64,000 bases of DNA, from positions 320-64,319 of the forward strand of contig JANWIW010000036.1 in the NCBI GenBank assembly GCA_025449695.1, in the 5' to 3' direction. A program made the translations under genes and the position numbers. The stretch is from Minisyncoccota bacterium. Its GTDB lineage: Bacteria > Patescibacteriota > Minisyncoccia > UBA6257 > 2-01-FULL-56-20. Below are positions 1 through 8,642 of the stretch, in pieces. The notes beneath the pieces are model-generated. The model did no database searches and was not told where the DNA came from. It was given only the letters and a program-made list of their open reading frames with translations. The number at the start of each line of letters is the position of its first letter. Position 1 is the stretch's first letter.

Positions 1-51
1 TGACAGAACTATTTGTTATACTTAGCGAAAAGGTCAAACAAACACATATTC

Positions 52-582
52 ATGAAACAGAAACTTATTGCAGTGTTCGCGGTCCTCGCGCTCTTCGCCG
101 GACTCATCGCCATCAGCACCCTTCAGGCCTCCGCGCATGAAGGGGAAGAACATGCGGTGACAGCCAAGCCAATGGAAGACAAGAAAGTAGCCGACTTCCT
201 GATGAAAGTAGGCGACGCAGTGAACAAGAAAGTGGGCGAGCAAGGAGAGCCCGGTCCTTCCTTCGGCATCAAGCCGTCCGGCGAGGTCATGCTCCAAGGT
301 GGCAAGGTGACCGCGGTCTCCGGCGCGTCCCTCACTGTAACTGTCATGGGCTTCAGCGTGCCAATGACGATGGATGCGAGCCTCACGACCGGCGTCTCTG
401 CGGTGGCACTCGCGGCCGGCGATACGGTCGGCGTACAGGGCAAGATCGATGCGGCGACTGGCGTTATCACCGCCACCATGGTCCGCAAGCATGCCGACCA
501 GAGGGCGATCGAAGCCCTGAAGCTGCAGATCCAGCAGCTCATGGAACAGCTGCGCAAGATGATGGGCGCCAAGATTCAGTAG
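52..582 (+). CDS. secreted hypothetical protein, DUF5666-like beta-rich repeat protein
   Basis: ATG at 52 gives MKQKLIAVFAVLALFAGLIAISTLQASA signal peptide. Repeated G-V-T-AVS-ASLTV-like beta segments resemble the paralog at 19446..20171. C-terminal coiled-coil. A stop follows at 582 and a promoter for the next unit. Confidence 0.5.
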   Translation: MKQKLIAVFAVLALFAGLIAISTLQASAHEGEEHAVTAKPMEDKKVADFLMKVGDAVNKKVGEQGEPGPSFGIKPSGEVMLQGGKVTAVSGASLTVTVMGFSVPMTMDASLTTGVSAVALAAGDTVGVQGKIDAATGVITATMVRKHADQRAIEALKLQIQQLMEQLRKMMGAKIQ

Positions 583-650
583 GAAAAGCGATCCCCGTCA
601 GTGGACCGGCGCCGTAAGGCGCCGGTTTTTGTTCCTCATCGATCGGGTCA

Positions 651-686
651 GTTGACGTGGTATTATTAATGTAGTACAATGCTTTC
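651..686 (+). promoter_or_regulatory. sigma70-like promoter (TTGACG-17bp-TACAAT)
   Basis: ttgacg tggtattattaatgtag tacaat read directly. It would drive the short unit that ends at the two-hairpin terminator at 1019..1080. Confidence 0.4.
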
Positions 687-751
687 CATCTGATGCTGCA
701 ACCTTAAGGAAGCAGCCTTCGGACTGCACCTTGGGATGTCACGGGAGATAT

Positions 752-952
752 ATGCCGAAAGTTGAGGTCTTTCCAGAAAGCGTATTGCGCAGTCGCGCAA
801 GCGTGAATCGAGCGGTTTTCCTTGGTCTGGCCGGACCTCTCTTCCGGAAGATCTACGGGCCGTTCGACCAGGTGCTGGCAACGGTACCGACCGGGGAAGT
901 GGACCGGATCAGGAAGATGCTGGAAGAACAGGGGCCGTCTTCGACCACCTGA
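752..952 (+). CDS. small hypothetical protein (66 aa)
   Basis: Internal ATG of ORF 731..952 preceded by GGGAGA 5 nt upstream. Lies between the promoter at 651 and the terminator at 1019. No recognisable domain. Confidence 0.25.
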   Translation: MPKVEVFPESVLRSRASVNRAVFLGLAGPLFRKIYGPFDQVLATVPTGEVDRIRKMLEEQGPSSTT

Positions 953-1018
953 CGACAGCGATCGGCCTGTGCGCGTGCCCTCCTCACGCGCGAAGGGTAC
1001 CACTCCCCAAATGTCTTT

Positions 1019-1080
1019 GGGCGGATCTGTCCGCCAGGGGCAGATCCGCCCGGAGCATATTGCTTCGGGCTTTTATTTTC
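1019..1080 (+). terminator. two-hairpin intrinsic terminator, copy A of a covarying structured repeat
   Basis: GGGCGGATCTG..CAGATCCGCCC stem, then CCCGGAGCA..TGCTTCGGG stem, then TTTTATTTTC tract. Confidence 0.6.
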
Positions 1081-1168
1081 AAAGCGCTTTTGAGCATCGG
1101 CCCTATAAGTAATGCTCGAGTCTTGACAAAGATATGTGAAAATGCTATTAACATAGCAGGAGGGTACC

Positions 1169-1360
1169 ATGGGACTTTGGCTTCTCCCCACTGGATTCGG
1201 CTGTTTCGTGGCCTTTCTCTCGTTTCTCGTGCTCCGTGAGCTGGGCGTGCGGAAGGAAGTGACGGCCGTGGTTGCGGTGATCGTTGTGATCCTGGTTGCG
1301 ATCATTTGCCACTACTTCGACAAAAAGGATGCCGAGCACGGGGAAAGTTCTTTCCCGTAA
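1169..1360 (+). CDS. small hydrophobic membrane protein (63 aa)
   Basis: AGGAGGG Shine-Dalgarno 6 nt upstream of the ATG. Product has two predicted TM helices. Followed by terminator copy B. Confidence 0.4.
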   Translation: MGLWLLPTGFGCFVAFLSFLVLRELGVRKEVTAVVAVIVVILVAIICHYFDKKDAEHGESSFP

Positions 1361-1387
1361 TCGAATTCCTGTATCACGCAGTCGCCC

Positions 1388-1450
1388 TGGCGGACCTATC
1401 CCGCCAAGGGATAGGTCCGCCCGAGGCATGATGCCTCGGGCTTTCCATTT
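1388..1450 (+). terminator. two-hairpin intrinsic terminator, copy B (compensatory changes relative to copy A)
   Basis: GCGGACCTATCCC..GGGATAGGTCCGC stem, then CCCGAGGCA..TGCCTCGGG stem, then CTTTCCATTT. Same architecture as 1019..1080, with base-pair covariation. Confidence 0.55.
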
Positions 1451-1574
1451 GAATCTTCAAAAGAGGCCAATGAACCTTAGGCTGGTTCAAGTGTCGGAGC
1501 AACCAGGGTAGTGGGATAATGGTATGGCTAGGGTAAAATAGGACTGTCATCCTGAACGAAGCGCCCATCCACCC

Positions 1575-2294
1575 ATGGAGATATTTTCCCGATTTCCGAC
1601 CATGCATGCCGCCCTTTCCGGTAAAGGCGATGGCTCATGTCGCCTGTGGCACTCGAAGCCGGATCTCGACAAGATAACCGCCGCAAACCGTGAACGCTTC
1701 TTCGAGACGCGGAATATCGATCCGGCCCGGGTCGTAAGCGTTCTTTCCGAGCACGAAGCGAATGTCCGCGCGGTCGGACATGCCGAGGCCGGACAGGCGC
1801 TGCCGCGGACCGACGGCCTCGTCACGCGTGAGCGAGACATATATCTCTCGCTTACGGTAGGCGATTGTCTTCCGATTTACCTTCATGATCCGAAAACCGG
1901 TACGATCGGCCTTCTCCACGGAGGCTGGCGCGGGCTCGCGGCGGGCATAATCCCCGGCGGTATCGAGGCGATGCGCTCGCTCGGCGCCGCGCCGGAGGAC
2001 ATCCATGCCGCGATCGGTCCCTCCATCGGTCCCTGCCACTTCGAAGGTAAAGAAGATGTTGCTGGTGCGTTCGCGGAGTTTCCCGACGCGCATGAGGTAC
2101 GGGAAGCCAAGCCGTTCCTCGACCTGCGCGCGATCGCCCGCGACATGCTTGCGGAAAACGGCGTGCTCGCGGAGCGCATCGCGATCAGCAAAGAATGTAC
2201 GGCCTGCCTGCCGGACAAATACTTTTCCTATAGGCGCGATAAGCCGGAGTTTGTGGAAACAATGGTCGCGGTCATAGGGATTCCTGACAAGTGA
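1575..2294 (+). CDS. pgeF: YfiH/PgeF family (DUF152 laccase-domain) purine nucleoside phosphorylase / peptidoglycan editing factor
   Basis: Family-typical HGGWRG motif, conserved His/Cys positions (GPCHFEG, ECTAC) and ~240 aa length. Confidence 0.8.
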   Translation: MEIFSRFPTMHAALSGKGDGSCRLWHSKPDLDKITAANRERFFETRNIDPARVVSVLSEHEANVRAVGHAEAGQALPRTDGLVTRERDIYLSLTVGDCLPIYLHDPKTGTIGLLHGGWRGLAAGIIPGGIEAMRSLGAAPEDIHAAIGPSIGPCHFEGKEDVAGAFAEFPDAHEVREAKPFLDLRAIARDMLAENGVLAERIAISKECTACLPDKYFSYRRDKPEFVETMVAVIGIPDK

Positions 2295-2312
2295 AAGCTG
2301 TATGCGCTGTCA

Positions 2313-2380
2313 TTCCCGCGCAGGCGGGAATCCACTCCTGCGTCGCTCTGCTTGATTCCCGCCTGCGCGGGAATGACAAA
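2313..2380. repeat. 68-bp palindrome between the convergent pgeF and gyrA 3' ends
   Basis: TGTCATTCCCGCGCAGGCGGGAATC ... GATTCCCGCCTGCGCGGGAATGACA, perfect inverted arms, each itself palindromic. Probable bidirectional terminator. Shares the TGTCAT core with the CTGTCATCCTGAG elements. Confidence 0.6.
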
Positions 2381-2398
2381 GTCTGCGGTGACTGGGTC

Positions 2399-4864
2399 CT
2401 ACAATAGTACGATCGCGGCCAGCTTGTCCCCCGAGTTCAGGTTGATGAGGCGGACGCCCTGGGCAGCGCGGCCGGTTTCCCGGATGGATGCGAGCTTGGT
2501 GCGGATGATCTGTCCTTTCGCGGAGAGCGCCAGGATCTCCGTCTCCACCGTCACCGCCCGGGCGGCGATGAGCTTGCCGGCCTTCGGGGTGATGTTCGCG
2601 GTCTTGATGCCGGACCCGCCGCGGCCCTGTATCTTGTAATCCTTGAGCGGGGTCAGCTTGCCGAAGCCGTTCTCCGTGACCACGAGGAGACGGGCGGTCT
2701 TCGCCGCCTCTTCGTTCGCGGAAAGGATGTCGAAGCCTGCCACGTGGTCGCCGCCCCGGAGACGTATGGCACGGGTGCCGCCGGCAGTCCGGCCCATCGG
2801 GCGGACCTGCGCTTCCTTGAAGCGGATGGACTGTCCCTTTTCGGTCGTGAGGATCATCTCATCCTTGCCGTGGGATACCCCCACCCATTGCAGGAGATCG
2901 CCCTTCTGGAGGTTCAGCGCGATGATGCCGTTCCGGCGGATGTTCGCGAACTGGGCAAGCGAGGTTTTTTTGATGACGCCGTTCCTGGTCACCATCACGA
3001 AGTACATGGCCTCTCCCTTCTTCTCCGCGGAGGCCTGCGCCGCCGCCTTGGCTTCCTTGGCGGAGTAGGTCACGATTGCGGAAATGTTCTCGCTCTGGGG
3101 CAGCTCCAGGAAATTCTGGATGGCCCGGCCCTTGGCGGTGCGGGAGGCCGCCGGGATCTCGTAGACTTTGGTTTGGAAGGCGCGACCGCGGTCGGTGAAG
3201 AAGAGTATGTCGTCGTGGGTGGAGGCCCGGTTGAATTGGGTCAGGAAGTCCTCTTCGCCGACGTTCGATCCGATCAACCCCTTGCCGCCCCGGTTCTGCG
3301 CCGAGAAGGAGTCCGGGGGCATGCGCTTCACATAGCCTCCCGCGGAAAGGGTGATAACCGTGCTCTCCTCCGGGATCAAATCCTCGTCCTTGAACTCGCC
3401 CACCCCACCGGCCACCACCGCCGTGCGCCGCTCGTCGCCGTACTTGTCCCTCACGGCCTTCAGCTCGCCCGTGACCTGCTTCAGTATCTTGGCCGGGCTC
3501 TTGAGGAGCGCCTCCAGATCGCGGATGAGAGCCTGCTTCTCTTGCAACTCGTTGTCTATCTTCTCGCGCTCGAGGGAGGCAAGGGTCTGCAGGCGCATGT
3601 CCAGGATGGCGTTCGTCTGGAGTTCGCTAAACTTGAACTGCTTCATGAGGTTCGTGCGCGCGTCGTCGCGGTCCTTGGACTTCTTGATGGCCGCGATGAT
3701 CTTGTCTATCTGGGAAAGCGCCTTGGCCAGGCCCTCTAGGATATGGGCGCGCTCCTTAGCTTTCTTCATGTCGAATTGGGCGCGGCGCTCCACCACTACC
3801 TTCCGCCATTCGATGTACTGGGCGAGGATCTCCTTCACGGAGAGAAGCCTCGGCTCGATGCCGTTCACGAGCGCGATCATATTGAAATGAAAGTCCTTCT
3901 GGAGATTGGTGTGCTTGAAGAGCTGGTTCAAGACCCTCTGCGGCGGGACCTCGTTCTTCAGTTCCACCACCACCCGCAGGCCATCGCGATCGGACTCGTC
4001 ACGGATGTCCTTGATGCCTTCGATCTTCTTGTCGGTCACGAGCTCGGCCATCTGCTTGATGAGCTCGGCCTTGTTGACCTGGTAGGGGATCTCGGTCACC
4101 ACGATATCCATCTGGCCCTTTTTGCGCTCGGCGATGTCGGTCTTTGCGCGCATAGTCACCGCACCCTTGCCGGTGACGTAAGCCTCCTTGATCGCCTTCT
4201 TGTCGAAAATGATGCCGCCGGTCGGGAAATCCGGGCCCTTAATGAACTCCAGCAGGTCTTCGCTCGTGGCTTTCGGATTCTCCGCGAGATGGGCGATGGC
4301 GTCCGCGATCTCGCCCAGGTTGTGTGGCGGAATGGACGTTGCCATGCCGACCGCGATGCCCATGGTGCCGTTCAAGAGAAGATTCGGAAGGCGGGCGGGA
4401 ACGACCTGCGGCTCCTCGCGGGTGCCGTCGTAGTTCGGCCCCCAGGTCACGGTCTCTTTGTCTATGTCCTCCAGGAGTTCGTCCGCGATCTTCGCGAGCT
4501 TGGCCTCGGTGTAGCGCATCGCAGCCGCGCCATCACCGTCCACCGAACCGAAGTTGCCCTGGCCGGTGATCAGCGGATAGCGCAAGGAGAAATCCTGGGT
4601 CATGCGCACCATCGCGTCGTAGATGGCGGTATCGCCGTGCGGGTGGTATTGGCCCATAGTGTCGCCCACAACCTTCGCCGACTTGCGGAACTTGGCGGTG
4701 GAGGTGACGCCCGTTTCCCACATATCCCAGAGGATGCGCCGCTGGACGGGCTTCAGGCCGTCGCGCACGTCCGGAAGGGCGCGCGAGACGATGACCGACA
4801 TCGCGTAGTCGAGATAGGACTGGCTCAGTTCCGACGTGATCTCGCGTTTCTCTATATTAGACAT
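2399..4864 (-). CDS. gyrA: DNA gyrase subunit A
   Basis: N-terminus ...[23 protein letters not shown]...AAMRYTE (active-site Tyr region). Length 821 aa. C-terminal beta-pinwheel repeats present. Confidence 0.97.
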   Translation of the reverse strand: MSNIEKREITSELSQSYLDYAMSVIVSRALPDVRDGLKPVQRRILWDMWETGVTSTAKFRKSAKVVGDTMGQYHPHGDTAIYDAMVRMTQDFSLRYPLITGQGNFGSVDGDGAAAMRYTEAKLAKIADELLEDIDKETVTWGPNYDGTREEPQVVPARLPNLLLNGTMGIAVGMATSIPPHNLGEIADAIAHLAENPKATSEDLLEFIKGPDFPTGGIIFDKKAIKEAYVTGKGAVTMRAKTDIAERKKGQMDIVVTEIPYQVNKAELIKQMAELVTDKKIEGIKDIRDESDRDGLRVVVELKNEVPPQRVLNQLFKHTNLQKDFHFNMIALVNGIEPRLLSVKEILAQYIEWRKVVVERRAQFDMKKAKERAHILEGLAKALSQIDKIIAAIKKSKDRDDARTNLMKQFKFSELQTNAILDMRLQTLASLEREKIDNELQEKQALIRDLEALLKSPAKILKQVTGELKAVRDKYGDERRTAVVAGGVGEFKDEDLIPEESTVITLSAGGYVKRMPPDSFSAQNRGGKGLIGSNVGEEDFLTQFNRASTHDDILFFTDRGRAFQTKVYEIPAASRTAKGRAIQNFLELPQSENISAIVTYSAKEAKAAAQASAEKKGEAMYFVMVTRNGVIKKTSLAQFANIRRNGIIALNLQKGDLLQWVGVSHGKDEMILTTEKGQSIRFKEAQVRPMGRTAGGTRAIRLRGGDHVAGFDILSANEEAAKTARLLVVTENGFGKLTPLKDYKIQGRGGSGIKTANITPKAGKLIAARAVTVETEILALSAKGQIIRTKLASIRETGRAAQGVRLINLNSGDKLAAIVLL

Positions 4865-4870
4865 GGGAGA

Positions 4871-4910
4871 AGTTCCTAGTTCCTAGTTCTTAGTTGCTAG
4901 TTGTGAGTTG
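4871..4910. repeat. tandem heptamer array (AGTTCCT/AGTTCTT/AGTTGCT units) in the gyrA 5' leader
   Basis: agttcctagttcctagttcttagttgctagttgtgagttg immediately upstream of the gyrA ATG (mRNA sense AACUAGGAACUAGGAACUUCUCCC-AUG). Confidence 0.85.
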
Positions 4911-4965
4911 ACACAAACATGGGGACGAAAGCGAATTTATTCACCGTATCATCTCTCTACGCACC

Positions 4966-4998
4966 AAGAACTAAGAACTAGCAACTAGCAACTATCTA
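4966..4998. repeat. inverted-orientation heptamer array (AAGAACT units)
   Basis: caagaactaagaactagcaactagcaactat is the reverse complement of the array at 4871..4910. Together they bracket a 55-bp spacer. Confidence 0.8.
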
Positions 4999-5225
4999 GT
5001 GCCGAATAGTGACTGGAACACCGACGCGGTACCGGACAGTTGCGGCTTCGGCGCCGGGTTCTCGGTCGTGGAAGGCGGCGCGAGCGCTACCATTGCGGGG
5101 AAGACCGCGATCCAGAGAGCCACGACGAGTATCATGGCAGCCGCGGAAATGGCGATCAGCCAGCGCATCTTGATGTGATGCGGCGAGTTCTGAATGCGGT
5201 GGAGGTGGGTTCCGGGAGTCGCCAT
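4992..5225 (-). CDS. small membrane protein (77 aa), hypothetical
   Basis: ORF with one strong TM segment (WLIAISAAAMILVVALWIAVFPAMVALA). Heptamer arrays lie on both sides. Coding status uncertain. Confidence 0.3.
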   Translation of the reverse strand: MATPGTHLHRIQNSPHHIKMRWLIAISAAAMILVVALWIAVFPAMVALAPPSTTENPAPKPQLSGTASVFQSLFGTR

Positions 5226-5228
5226 GGA

Positions 5229-5300
5229 TAGTTCTTAGTTCTTAGTTCTTAGTTCTTAGTTTCATGCTCGCAACTAGGAACTAACAACGCGGAACTATGC
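5229..5300. repeat. tandem heptamer array (AGTTCTT x4) plus inverted partial units
   Basis: gttcttagttcttagttcttagttcttagtttcatgctcgcaactaggaactaacaacgcggaactatg. Confidence 0.85.
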
Positions 5301-5307
5301 TGATATT

Positions 5308-5880
5308 CTACGCTTTTATACCCAATATGACAAGCTTCATGGCCTCCGGCGTGAGGTCCTTTTTCTTGAAAGTGAAGCGGTCTTCCACGGTTGCGGGCTG
5401 GCCGAGCTCTTTAGCGAAAGCCTTGGCGCTCTTGTCGTTATAGAGGGAAGGGATGACGACCGCGGGCTCCAGCTGGCGGGTCAGCGCGCCGGCCGCCTCC
5501 GGTTCCAAGAAGTGGTCCTCCTCCACCGGGATGATGAGGATGTCCGGCTCCCCTATCTTCTCGAGCACCTTCGCGTCCGGAGCATTGGAGATGGAACCCA
5601 AGACGCCTATCACGATGCCCTCCCATATGATCTTGTAAGCGGTCTTCGCAAGCTTAGGGGTGGACTCGTCCATGATCTGGATGCCCTCGATCTCGATGCC
5701 TTTCACTTCATACTCTCCCGCGAAGGCGACCACATCGGCAGTTCCCGGAATATCCTTGGGGTCCACCGTGGTCTTCAGGCTCACATCCGCTTTCAGGCGG
5801 TTACCGCTCGGGTCCACCAAAAGGGAAGTTTCCCCGCTCTGCAGGCGAAAGCATCCTTCGCCGAGGTAAGTGATCACCAT
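5308..5880 (-). CDS. MBL-fold metallo-hydrolase-like protein (degenerate metal-binding motifs)
   Basis: N-terminus MVITYLGEGCFRLQSGETSLLVDP matches the beta-lactamase-fold start (xIxxLGhsxfxIe...iDP). About 190 aa. The canonical HxHxDH motif is not evident. Confidence 0.5.
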   Translation of the reverse strand: MVITYLGEGCFRLQSGETSLLVDPSGNRLKADVSLKTTVDPKDIPGTADVVAFAGEYEVKGIEIEGIQIMDESTPKLAKTAYKIIWEGIVIGVLGSISNAPDAKVLEKIGEPDILIIPVEEDHFLEPEAAGALTRQLEPAVVIPSLYNDKSAKAFAKELGQPATVEDRFTFKKKDLTPEAMKLVILGIKA

Positions 5881-5995
5881 AATGGCTGAATGATACCCGA
5901 CTTTTCATGCTGCGTAAACGGTTTTCCGCTCATCTAACTTGATTTTTTATACAAATAATGTTATAATTTTCCCAGCGAACGGGAAGGTGAAACCT

Positions 5996-6466
5996 ATGGA
6001 CCCGAAGAAGTGGGCGTCCATCGCCCGGATTGTCCGGTTCATGCTCGGCTCCGCCGGCACATTGCACATGGGGGATGAACATTACCTCACGGAAATGATC
6101 AAGCTCGGTATGATCGTCCTCAGGATCACCCGCCTCGAACCGTGGGATGAGGTGAATGAAGGGCAGCCGAAAGGAGAGGTCACGCTCGAGCCCAAGTTCA
6201 CTCCGCATTACCGGAAGCTCGTCGACCTGGGACCGAAGTACGACAAGCTTCAGCAATTGGCTCTGATCCTGGGCACTGCCCGCATCAACGAGGCCGGTCT
6301 CTCTGAGGCTCAGGCCTTGCAGGTGAAGAAGCTGCTCAAGAACGCCCACATTCCCATCGGCGACTTCCTCGGCATCGAACGCACCGGCGAGGGGTGGGTA
6401 ATCACCACGATGAAGGGAACTCTTCTCGCGGCCGCCAGCCTCAAGACCTCGCGCCGCGCCCGCTGA
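5996..6466 (+). CDS. hypothetical protein (156 aa)
   Basis: ATG at 5996 preceded by GGGAAGGTGA (SD-like). No recognisable motif. Confidence 0.4.
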   Translation: MDPKKWASIARIVRFMLGSAGTLHMGDEHYLTEMIKLGMIVLRITRLEPWDEVNEGQPKGEVTLEPKFTPHYRKLVDLGPKYDKLQQLALILGTARINEAGLSEAQALQVKKLLKNAHIPIGDFLGIERTGEGWVITTMKGTLLAAASLKTSRRAR

Positions 6467-6596
6467 CGCGCAACACCGTTCGCAACCGTCAGCAGGCAGA
6501 TCATGCAAGGACCACGACGCGTCGTCGTGGTCCGCGCTGTTTCATTTGCATATTTGAATAGTTAATGATGTAATGCAAGCAGGAAGGGAGATAGAT

Positions 6597-6842
6597 ATGA
6601 AAATGTTGTGGACCGGGTCTCTCACCATCTTGCTCATCGCGGGCGGGCTCCTTATCGCCGCAGCGCAAGGGCAAGCGCCATCGTTCGTCGACCCTGCGAG
6701 CTCTGCCGGCAATGTCCTCCGGCTCGTCTTATTCGCGAGTTCGACCATCTGGGTCGCGCTCGAATTGGGCTACGGCCCCTTTCGCGGGCTGGAGCACGAG
6801 CCGGACTGCCCTATGGCCGCTCTGGAAAGGAGTTCGATGTGA
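6597..6842 (+). CDS. small membrane protein, hypothetical
   Basis: AAGGGAG SD before the ATG at 6597. Two predicted hydrophobic helices. Its stop overlaps the start of the next ORF. Confidence 0.3.
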   Translation: MKMLWTGSLTILLIAGGLLIAAAQGQAPSFVDPASSAGNVLRLVLFASSTIWVALELGYGPFRGLEHEPDCPMAALERSSM

Positions 6843-7087
6843 AAGTAGTACTGGAAGTAGATATCGAAAAGGGCCGCGGGGACCATCGGAGTCACCAGAC
6901 GACGCTCCTCTTCGAATGTGAGATCCGGAACGTCGGCGAGCTTCTCGGCGACGGGCTGCAGCTCCTCGCGGAGAGGCGCTATGCGGACTACGTCCGCACC
7001 AAGGACGTGAGGCACCCCGGCCTCCTCGGCAGCATCCGCATCCACTTCGACCGGCCGGCAGACCTGCCGGAATATGCGACTGAATGA
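6839..7087 (+). CDS. hypothetical protein (82 aa), GTG start
   Basis: AAGGAG at 6827..6832 lies 6 nt before the GTG at 6839. The stop of the upstream ORF (TGA 6840..6842) overlaps, which suggests translational coupling. Confidence 0.3.
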   Translation: MKVVLEVDIEKGRGDHRSHQTTLLFECEIRNVGELLGDGLQLLAERRYADYVRTKDVRHPGLLGSIRIHFDRPADLPEYATE

Positions 7088-7207
7088 ATCGTGCCCGCGA
7101 CGGGATCCCGTCGCGGGCACCGTCATATATTGCCTCTCCGAGTCCCATGTGGCGGACATGAAGCTCCCCTTGCCTTTTTGGTCATTCTCTATATAATTTT
7201 CGGCACT

Positions 7208-8299
7208 ATGGCCATGGAACAGGCAAGCGCCAAGACCAATCCCCTTTTGGCCCAAATGCTGAAGATCGAAGGCGGGCAGCGCCTCCGGGACGGGGAAGTG
7301 GTGAACGCGGTCCTCTTGAGCAAGAGCCCCCGCGCCGCCTTTTTCGATATCTCGAACTTCGGCACCGGCATCATCTACGGCGCCGAGCTCCAGAGCTCCA
7401 AGGAGATGATCAAGGGTTTGAACGTGGGCGACACGATCGCCGCCAAGATCGACTCCCTGGACGGCCATATGGGCTACGTCGAGCTCTCGCTCTCCGAAGC
7501 GGGCAGGCAGAAGGCCTGGCAGAAGGCCAAGCAGCTCGAAGAGACGGGCGAGGTGGTGAAGATCAAGGTGACGGCGGTGAACCAGGGCGGCGTGATCGGC
7601 GACCTGAACGGCCTGAAGGCCTTCGTCCCCGCCTCCCAGCTCGCCGCGGAGCACGCGCCGAAGATGGATGACCGCAGCCGCGTGGCGGAAGAGCTGAAGG
7701 GCCTGATCGGCCAGGAGCTGGCCGTGAAGGTCATCACCGTAACCCCGCGCGCGAACAAGCTCATCGTGTCCGAGCGCGAGACGGTGGCCCCTTCCGCCAA
7801 CACCAAGCAGCTCCTCGAGAGCTACCAGGTAGGCCAGGTGGTGCCCGGCCTCGTATCCGGCATCGCCGACTTCGGCATTTTCGTCCGCTTCGTGGACAAC
7901 CCGGAGATCGAGGGCCTGGTCCACATCTCCGAGATCGACCACCGCATCATCGACACCCCGAAGGAGATCGTAAACCTGAACGAGAACGTGCAGGTCAAGA
8001 TCATCGACATCAAGGAAGGCCGGGTATTCCTTTCCCTCAAGGCATTGAAGGCCGATCCCTGGGTGAACGTGGGCGAGAAATACAAGGAAGGCCAGGAGGT
8101 CTCGGGACGCATCTACAAGTTCAACCCGTTCGGCGCCATCGTGGACCTGGAAAGCGGCTTGCAAGGCCTCATCCACGTGTCCGAGTTCGGCGGCTCCGAA
8201 GAGATGAAGAATATGATCAAGGTGGGCGATTCCCGCGAGTTCGTGATCGGGAGCGTCCGTCCCGAGGAGAAGCGCATCGTGCTGAAACTGAAAAAGTGA
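7208..8299 (+). CDS. rpsA: 30S ribosomal protein S1 (four S1 RNA-binding domains)
   Basis: Repeated S1-domain signatures (GxVxGxVxxIxxFGaFV..., e.g. GQVVPGLVSGIADFGIFVRF, GQEVSGRIYKFNPFGAIVDL). Start chosen at MAMEQASAKT. A strong terminator follows. Confidence 0.85.
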   Translation: MAMEQASAKTNPLLAQMLKIEGGQRLRDGEVVNAVLLSKSPRAAFFDISNFGTGIIYGAELQSSKEMIKGLNVGDTIAAKIDSLDGHMGYVELSLSEAGRQKAWQKAKQLEETGEVVKIKVTAVNQGGVIGDLNGLKAFVPASQLAAEHAPKMDDRSRVAEELKGLIGQELAVKVITVTPRANKLIVSERETVAPSANTKQLLESYQVGQVVPGLVSGIADFGIFVRFVDNPEIEGLVHISEIDHRIIDTPKEIVNLNENVQVKIIDIKEGRVFLSLKALKADPWVNVGEKYKEGQEVSGRIYKFNPFGAIVDLESGLQGLIHVSEFGGSEEMKNMIKVGDSREFVIGSVRPEEKRIVLKLKK

Positions 8300-8304
8300 T
8301 CTCC

Positions 8305-8330
8305 AAAAACCGCCCAGCTGGGCGGTTTTT
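8305..8330. terminator. bidirectional intrinsic terminator
   Basis: AAAAACCGCCCAGCTGGGCGGTTTTT: GC stem flanked by an A-tract and a T-tract. Confidence 0.7.
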
Positions 8331-8368
8331 GGTACAGTGCTGTACACTGCGAAGCTTTAGCGAAGCAG

Positions 8369-8642
8369 TGCCGCGGGGGTGAATCGAACACCCGACGCCT
8401 TCCTCTTCCGAGGTTTGGACTATCTCATCTTCCCGAAGGAAGTTGGGCGCTTGTGCAGGATTATTGTTGGGACTCACCCGCTAGTCTCTACACCTTCCCC
8501 GCCACCTCTGCCCAGCGGGGCTTGGCTCGGGATTGTCCAAATATTGGAGTTTCCCCGAATTCACCCAATTATTCAATCCGCATTACTGCGGAAGGCCCCA
8601 AAGAGTACTTAGGGAAGCGCTCTGCCACTGAGCTACCGCGGC
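8369..8642 (-). tRNA. tRNA-Phe(GAA) interrupted in the anticodon loop by a group I intron (exons 8611..8642 and 8369..8408)
   Basis: 5' exon GCCGCGGTAGCTCAGTGGCAGAGCGCTTCCCT and 3' exon GAAGAGGAAGGCGTCGGGTGTTCGATTCACCCCCGCGGCA reconstitute a 72-nt cloverleaf: 7-bp acceptor stem, GTTCGATT T-arm, A73, loop CUGAAGA with anticodon GAA. The anticodon call depends on the inferred splice sites. Confidence 0.65.
8409..8610 (-). ncRNA. group I self-splicing intron (202 nt) in the tRNA anticodon loop
   Basis: Conserved group I elements read in the insert: P-like AAUUCGGGGAAAC, Q-like AAUCCCGAGCCAAGCC, R-like GUAGAGACUAGC and S-like AAGAUGAGAUAGUCC (P7 GACUA/UAGUC). The 5' exon ends in U and pairs with intron GGGG (P1 U.G). 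The intron ends in G. The 3' exon start GAAGA can pair with the P1 loop UCUUU (P10). Confidence 0.65.

Noticed and set aside
690-1018. Possible SRP/4.5S-like RNA because of an AAGGAAGCAGCC match
   Set aside because: Only the 12-mer matches. The flanking helix-8 symmetric-loop context (GUCAGGUCCGG...) and the overall fold are absent. A small ORF with an SD fits better.
2744-4879. Long ORFs 2744..3739(+) and 3743..4879(+), 331 and 378 aa
   Set aside because: Antisense to gyrA, whose product has unambiguous family motifs. Translations are low-complexity Arg/Ala/Gly/Leu-rich, as expected for GC-rich antisense frames.
6770-8347. 525-aa ORF on the minus strand
   Set aside because: Antisense to the rpsA gene (four S1 domains on the plus strand). 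Composition-driven open frame.
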